NCBI RefSeq assembly: GCF_964355755.1
Contig: NC_092671.1
Span: 13,330,001 to 13,394,000, forward strand
DNA: 64,000 nucleotides
Direction of reading: 5' to 3'
Source of the DNA: Antedon mediterranea
Taxonomy: Eukaryota > Animalia > Echinodermata
Shown: positions 56,200 through 64,000 of the stretch, one piece after another
Numbering within the stretch: the first letter of the stretch is position 1
How the letters are laid out: the number at the start of each line of letters is the position of its first letter
Notes under the pieces: model-generated
What the model was told of the DNA's origin: nothing
What the model saw: only the letters and a program-made list of their open reading frames with translations
Database searches by the model: none
Translations under genes and position numbers: made by a program

Positions 56200-57265
56200 G
56201 GTATTCAATTCCATTTATTTTTATTTCGTAAATTTCAGGAAACAGAAAAATCATAAACTTAATGCTTCTACAATACATTTTGGAGTTATGGAGCATATGT
56301 TTGCAAACACAAGCAACAAAGATGTTACAACTATTCAACATACGTTGCATGAAACCATAGGTAGATTTTCGCACGTACTCATTAAAGGAAGGGACACCAT
56401 GTTCAATAAACATTGCACTGGCACTACTACTTCTAGAGACATTAAGTATACGAAGCAGAGCATTATTGTAGCATACATTAAGAGATCTAATAGTCTTCAT
56501 ACGATAGTTACACCAAAGGGCTGTACAATACATATTAATACATTAAGAGACAACATTTAACATTGGTAGAGCATTTCATACATTTGCGATGAGTTGCTTC
56601 GGATTATTTACACAAAGATCTGTACTGACTTTGAATGTCGGCCTCATCACTGCAATCACACATAGGTACCTTTCTCAACATAAGCAAGTTTTTTACCAAA
56701 AAGTTTAGTAATAGAATTACCTTCAAGTTTGCAAGCACGAGGACAGAAACGCATACACAAAGATTCATCATTTTTCTGCGAAAACTCTTCACAAACACGT
56801 ACCAATTGCTGGAGACCAGCAACTGAGGTAGAGTAGTATACAAGATCATCCGCATAACTAAGATGAGTCAAGATAATGTTTCTACATTGGCAACCCTCAC
56901 ACAAACCACCACAATTAAGAGTACTAATATATATGTTATAAAGGTGAGGGGACATAAGCCCCCCCCCCCCTGTCTAACTCCATTGGATACTGTAAATGGA
57001 TTTGAAACAGAGTTTCCCCAACGTATTCTCATACCAACATTTGAGCAATTTAACAATACAAGGATTCATTATTAACGAGCTTACTATAAAGAGTCTAGTG
57101 ATTGACTCGATCAAAAGCCTTACTGGCGTCTAGAAAGCAGGCAAAAACTGGACTACCATTTCTATTGTAGTAGTCAATTACATGTTTTAATACAAAGATA
57201 CACGTATCAGTCGAGTGTTTCGCTTTAAATGCAAATTGGTAGTCATTGGATTCCAATTATTATCG
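56200..57265 (-). mobile_element. Decayed non-LTR retrotransposon reverse-transcriptase fragment
   Basis: Minus-strand motifs QFAFKAKHST, CFLDASKAFDRVNH, NGVRQGG, HLSYADDLV and YCTALW...YNNALLRIL, with frameshifts and stops. Confidence 0.9.
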
Positions 57266-60200
57266 TACTAAATATTTAATAATAATTGGCACATTTGGAT
57301 TCTTATGTAAACCCTGCATGTTTCATATAGAAAATACAAAAAACAGATAGAAACAGTTCGTTGTATCAAACGCTTTGATTCCAAATAAAGAAACATTTAA
57401 TTGAAGTCAATTATTTTGCTGTTATCAATTAGCGTGCAAGTAGCTTGTTCTGATCACTACTTGTCACAATCTGGTACTAATATTATCAATCAGTGACAAT
57501 TTATTTCTCACGCTGAGTATATCACCGTAGGTAGTTCGCCTTTTTGCCATATAAAATGTGTAATATCAATATTTTAACGCTTTCAAATATCTTGCAATAA
57601 TGATGCTATTTTTTAGTTACTGCATAAATCAATCAATAGAACAATAAAAAAAGAAAATCAGTAGCCCTTGAATAATCAACTGTGTAACCAAAACATAATC
57701 ATAGTAATATAATCAGGTTTCGTGTTGTTATTGTGATCTCGTACGGTATTATGTCTAGCATAATAAAGAGAACTTGTAGTTTCTTGCCTGCGAACTACAA
57801 CCTTTCTCTTCCTTATTATGCCTTCTGACAGTATACATTGGCACACGTGTGATAAATTGTCCTGTTATGATATGAAACAGGTAACCATGCATTGTTTATG
57901 ACAACAATCGGTGGTAATGCTGTTACTGCTGTATTACATTTTCTTACGTTTCCTAAAGTTGATCTTCACTTGATATAAAATCATGATACATTTTTAAATA
58001 TAACAATGATAATAATGATTTATTTTATCCAGATATATAATTTAATGACCATATAAGTTCTGCTTAAAATAACCGCAAACTAGAACATCAGTTTATTATG
58101 GGGATTAAGTCATCTTAAGTGGCGGAGCTTAGTGCATTGAATTTAACAATAAATCAAACAGCTAATGCATTATTTTACCGTCCCTGATAGTAAACAGTTA
58201 ATATCTGGTATGTTTAAAATACAATCGTTATTCACAATACAATTGATCATGTGAGTTTGGAACATTGTATTTCACGCACAATGTATTAATTTGATAGGTA
58301 GATCAGTATTATTATCATAGTGCATATGAATAAATACACTTGAACTTATTTGACTTGAACATATTACTTTCAAGATATATATTGATACTCTTACGCCCGT
58401 ATTCTTAAACCGGACTTTAGTCGTAGTTCAAAGTTCGACTTGAAAAAGTTCATAGAGAATGTATTTTTTACGGTTCAATAACCGCTGATAGTCAGTGGAT
58501 AGGCCTATACTCTATATACAGATCAGGGGCGGATCCAGGTGCAGCGCTAACGTGTATACAATATTAATATGTGTATCAAAAAGTAAGCCTACTGCATTTT
58601 AGTTGTCAAAGGAGGAGAGAAACCACCTTAGTACTTTCCTCCTCAGAGCAGCTTTTGCCAATGGTGAAATCTGTGAATACCCCACACAATGGTTTCATGC
58701 ACATGAAGTTGTTACAGAAAAAAATAATAAAATTATTTAAATTATTTTGCTTTTCAAACGTTTTACCCAAGAGTTTCAAATGCAATGTCATTAAAGGTCA
58801 TAGCAAAATGACCATTGGTTTGGCACTATCCTTCCACTAATTAGCGAAACATCAGTAGCTTTTTAAATACCTTTTATCTTATACCGTACATAATTTAACA
58901 TACATTTCAAATAAAATACTTACTAATTTAGGCAATAATGTTAAACATTCATTAGAAAAGAAATACTTGAACAACAGACAATGGGACTATGTCTTGTGTA
59001 AAACAATATTAAATCACTCAACAAATCATTTAAATCAAATTTCATAAAAGAAAACTATGTGGACAAAAATACGTTCTAGTTATTTCTAGAAACTATAACT
59101 GGTAATCACAAATATAATTTGTATAGTCAGTTAAAGGATAATTCCGGGGTTTAAGGTTTATATTGTTTACCATGACACCATTTATTTACCGATATCAGTA
59201 AGCATTATCACTAAGTTTGGTAAAAATTGTTTAGACCATCGAAAGGTATTTCACACGCTTAAGCCTGTTTTTTCATAGGAAACGTTGCGCCACGCGTATT
59301 AAAAAAATTCACAAACCAATCAGAACTCGGGAATATTTAATTCGCGCGAATATAATTTATTTTTTATTTATATAATTTATTATATTCGCTAAAAGAAAAC
59401 AAGCTTTACGGTACCTTGTTAGTCTGGTCGAAGGAAGTCAAGTACGTTATCATATTCTTACCAAGCAGAACTGTTAAGATGTTTATTTGAACAATTGTTA
59501 ATTTTAATGATGTAATTCAATTCCATCAAAATCAGTTGTTAGGATCATCATGTAGTCTTAAGTAGCATTTAAAAGACAAAACGGATTTAGAAGACGCATA
59601 TCTTAAGTCTGGCGATCATTTCTTTCGCAATAAGCAATAACTACAATACAGCTAGTTGTAATATAATAAGAAAGAAAATACACATCCCAAGTGTATACTT
59701 GTATACGTAGAGTAGACTTTAAAAGCGGTTTACGATTTATAAATCGTGACTTACTTACTGAATAAATTCAATTGGTCATTTACAAAATAACTGAATTACA
59801 GCAATTGTAATGATATTTTTTTAGTGGATAATTTGATCAGGACAATAATTTTATTTCTACTATTATTACTTGTTCTATACAGTACTAGATTACAATATAC
59901 CGTAGGCCTAGGTTGATATATCGTTTTCCTGTATGGATTTTTTTTAATGCAATTTCAATTTTATAACATATGTTTTGGATTTTTGGCGCCAACGTTGTCA
60001 ATGATACGCGCGTTAATGAAACTGGCACAGCTTTTATACACGTGCGCCAACGTTGTGATATCACACGATTATCACTATAATGACTATATTTATGACAGTA
60101 ACTTTGGGATTCGAATGATCAAATTGTAAGGCCTTTTGTTCATCTATTCTCCGTTAATACTCTGAGGTGTTCTCGCATGAGACGATTAATAAAACACTTC

Positions 60201-62022
60201 CTGATTTATTTGTGAACGTGGTATAACTGTACGCATTCGCAGCCCAATGTGCACCATTTTTAGAAATATTAATTATGGCAAAATTGTTATGAATCATAAT
60301 ACTGTACTCTACTAAGCTAAGTGGGCTGAACGTGTTTTATTATAACACTGTTTTGATTTTTGAAATGACAAGACTAATCAGAATCTGAGAACATTGTGCG
60401 CATTATCACGTGACGAAGCACTTGTGATTAGCGGAGTACTTTTGTATAAATGTCTATAAACGTTTGTGTGTTCGAATTAGTACACGCACCAGCTAAACAT
60501 CCAATCCAACGGACGCAGTTTAATACCGGTATTAATATCAAGTGAATTAATCCTTTAGAAATAGTAATATCACTCAACACTTTGTTATGAGCACGTAGTT
60601 AAATCAGTGCCCACGTGCGCGGCAAACGGTCATGATTGCACTTAATTATCCTACCATTTATAATCTTTCCAATGCAATACTTTATTCATTGTAACAAGCC
60701 GATCGTTCATTATTTGTCGAAAGTTCAAATACTTTTAGGCCAACAATAATAGACAGAAATGATTACACCTATGTAACACGACATTCGTGCACATTTGGCC
60801 TACCTCCTGTCGAAATGATTTACATATTGAAATAGGAGCCCTGGGTTGAAACCAAAATGTGTTCTTAAGTTCTTCACTGGTTTTATGTATCTAAAATATA
60901 TTAGTTGTGTACATTTTCCTAGTATTACCACTAAGTAACGTAAATTCACGTAAATAATTTGTTTTTCGATCCAATTTGTTGTCAAAGTGAATAACTATTA
61001 TGTGACAATAAAATGGCATATTCAACAAAAACATGGTAAAGAATAATTTTTTCAGGGGGACAATATATCTTTAAATATCGTTAGTCTTACTACAACAACG
61101 TACGATGGTATTTATCATCTGAGTACGATCAAGTTGAAATACAATTGTTATTGCTATTTTGATGGTGTGCTGTTGGAATCTACATCATTAGACTCAACAC
61201 TAAAATAGACATTTACATTAATGTTCACAACTATCTCAGAGTTTTAGATTATTACCCTCGTTGGCATGATTAACAACCTAACAACTGCTACATGGTCGAG
61301 TATGTCTCATCATCTCTCGTTTCTGTGTGATCATAATACTAAGTATATATGATTTGGTGGGATATACATTAATTCCATGTTCTAGAAAGTGTTGCCCTGT
61401 TGTTATTTTCAAGTTCTTTGCTATTAGAAAACATTACTGCGATAATTTAGTGCCATGTGAAAAGCTAATCATCAATCAATAGGAACAAGATTAGTTCGCC
61501 TCCATACAGTATACCAATAAAATAGAAACGGAAGCAGCATAAAAATAAATTGCGTCGATACATATACTTGATAACACCAATTATTACATTATTTACAAGG
61601 ATAAAAATATTATATATCGGTTGATACGACACCAGTCATAAAAACAACATAATCCCGATTGCGAAATCCAAAAAAAATAGCAAATTTATTTCAATTAAAT
61701 ATTCATGATAACTAGTTGATTTTACATTACGCTAATGGACAGGTGGAGATTGCGTGTGGAGATGTTTTTTTTTATTTCTTTTACGTAAAAACAGTTTAAT
61801 TGTTATCATTAATAATCGTATGTGTATGTACAACTTTAACACGTACTTCCTGACGTTCAATGAAAAAGTGGCGATTTAAGTTAATAATAATAGAATGATA
61901 TTGAATTAAAGAATAAATTAATAAACTTGTTTTACTTTTCATTATCAACGCAGACATGACTAACAGTTACAGGTGTTACGATGGTTTAATTAACCGACGT
62001 TGTATCTATATCTATTTTGCAG

Positions 62023-63849
62023 TGTATATATGGATGAAGACACCAAATGGTTAATGTGGGTTGAAAAACAATTCTCGGAAATTGCCGGAGAAGATAGGGA
62101 AATAGATTTTGACGAATTTAAAACAGCTTTGGGAATCAAAAAGGTATTCCGACAAAACAAGCTGGTGTATCATTCTTACAAATTATAAAACTAATTATCG
62201 TATATTAACCATATTGATTAAATAATTAATTAATTAATATACAAATTAAGTTTATGCAGTAGAATATTATTACATTAGTTACGGTAAATTGATTTTAAAC
62301 AATATATTTAATTTGTGAGGGGGTTCATAACGCCCACACATCCTTTGTATCTTGATTAACAGATATAATAATCCATATTAATAATATAATTGGAATTCTT
62401 TTAAATAGTTTTTATATATTGTTTTTGACAGTCATTCTTTGCTGAGCGTTTTTTCAGTCTTTTTGATACTGATGGAAGTGGTACAATAACACTAGATGAA
62501 TTAATGGAAGGCCTACAGTTGTTGACAAGAGGAGATTCTACAGACAAACTACGTTTTCTTTTTGACGTTTATGACGTAGATGGTGAGTCTTTCTTCTCAA
62601 TCTTGAATCTTACTATTTAGTACATTTATTACACATAATTACAATGCTACATTTCCTGTGGCTTCTAATCTTATATTATGAGTATATGAATACAAATATG
62701 TCATATTATTCGTTTTGTTTATAGGTAGTGGACAAATAGACAAAACTGAACTGCGATTGGTAATAAGTTCTTGTATGGAGGAAAGTCGTATACAACTCAC
62801 TGATGACGTCATTGATCAATTAACCGACGCACTGTTTCAATCGGCTGACACTGATGCTAGCGGCAGTATTAGCTTTGACGAACTGCGTGTAGAACTTCAG
62901 AAAAATCCAGAAGTTATGGAGAACATGACAATTAGGTACGATTATATCCAATCACGTGTTTGTCAATGATATATCTCCACATCAACTTTTTCATTGTTAC
63001 ACTTGTGCTATACAGCGCATAGATTATTTTGCGCTATATAAATTTAAAACCATTAAGACATTAAACATATGATAATATATATACAGTATAAGTATAACAT
63101 TGTTAATAAGTAATAATTTGAGATAAAGAAATCGATAGCCGACATGTAATGGTGCAAGACGTACAATGCAAACTCTAATGCATTGCTGCTCAAAACACGA
63201 AAAGACATCTAAATTATTCATACAATTATCAAATTAAATCATTTGTGTTCTCTTTCGTAGGGGCGAATTTAAATCATAGATATTAAAAACCGATTGTGTG
63301 TAATATGTCCATACGGTTATACGAAACAAAATGACATGTGTCTGCAATATTCAATTTACATGGGTTTTCTAGATGTCGACCAAAATAAATGAATGACACA
63401 TGCGCACTTACAATAGAATATACATTTATAGGTTCATTAGGCAGAATATTAGGAGAGCCAAAAACTTCAGTCTGATGATTGATTTTTTACAACAAAAAAA
63501 AAACTGCTTGGAATTATTTTTAGTGAATAGTTTATGTAAAAATAACTGTTCTTTTTCCTTTACTTAATCAACATAAACACAATGACAAAAAACAAACAAA
63601 ACAAATATACCACATCTGACACATGCGTCATTATATAATATATTATCTTTATCCATTGCAGTGCAGCACAATGGTTACGACCTCCAGTCAAAGAGAAAGT
63701 CCGATACATTCCACGTTACCTAACCAAGCAATACCTTCGAAATAACATTAAGAAAGTAGTGTTCCTAGCTTTCATACTTCTACTAAACGTTGCTTTGTTT
63801 TTGTATTCTATGTGGCAATATCGTGAATCAAATATTTATGTTATGATAG
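62023..63849 (+). CDS. NOX5: NADPH oxidase 5 (four EF-hands, start of TM region); 3'-partial
   Basis: Exons 62023-62143, 62432-62582, 62725-62935, 63662-63849 give MDEDTKWLMWVEKQFSEIAGEDREIDFDEFKTALGIKK-SFFAERFFSLFDTDGSGTITLDEL...DKLRFLFDVYDVDGSGQIDKTEL...LFQSADTDASGSISFDEL...VMENMTISAAQWL. This closely matches the NOX5 N-terminus. ATG at 62030. Confidence 0.95.
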
Positions 63850-64000
63850 GTGAGTCTCTTTACTTTTATCAGGCTTACTTGACCTGTTATAAATATCATA
63901 ACGATATAATAAACCCTCATTTTTTGTGTAACATGTTGCCACTCATAATCTTGTTAACAGTCGCAACTAAGTTAGTTGGTATATCAGTTTCCCCAGCCAA

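Noticed and set aside
28584-61000. Numerous 60-125 aa ORFs in the ORF track
   Set aside because: AT-rich, low-complexity translations without domain motifs or consistent splice phases, apart from the TE remnants and exon 43854 listed above.
62023-63849. Alternative identity as calcineurin B, a neuronal calcium sensor or DUOX
   Set aside because: Four N-terminal EF-hands with the W..WV..QF..IAGED and SFFAERFF motifs followed by a TM segment fit NOX5. No peroxidase domain is seen upstream.

Overview
AT-rich, intron-containing eukaryotic DNA from an invertebrate (deuterostome, possibly echinoderm; the taxon is inference only). Positions 1-27430 (+) hold the 3' part of a giant membrane-tethered mucin gene. 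It has a >9.5-kb exon of 102-bp (34-aa) Thr/Asp-rich repeats, then 47 small GT-AG exons encoding LDLa x2, CCP x2, EGF x2, NIDO-AMOP-VWD (GDPH), an Ig/cadherin-like module, ~20 EGF, a SEA-like domain, EGF x2, SEA (GSII), EGF, a TM helix and a cytoplasmic tail. My hand-spliced model stays in frame for >5600 aa. The window ends in the 5' exons of a clear NOX5 (EF-hand NADPH oxidase) gene. Two small phase-compatible upstream exons (29401-29413, 43854-43959) suggest the 'intergenic' 33 kb is really NOX5 introns. Non-coding DNA carries LINE fragments, ISL2EU-like and fold-back elements, a minimal hammerhead ribozyme antisense in a mucin intron, and a strongly over-represented TAGGCCTA palindrome. 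Most short ORFs in the supplied track are exon read-throughs or noise. All coordinates and counts were read by eye.
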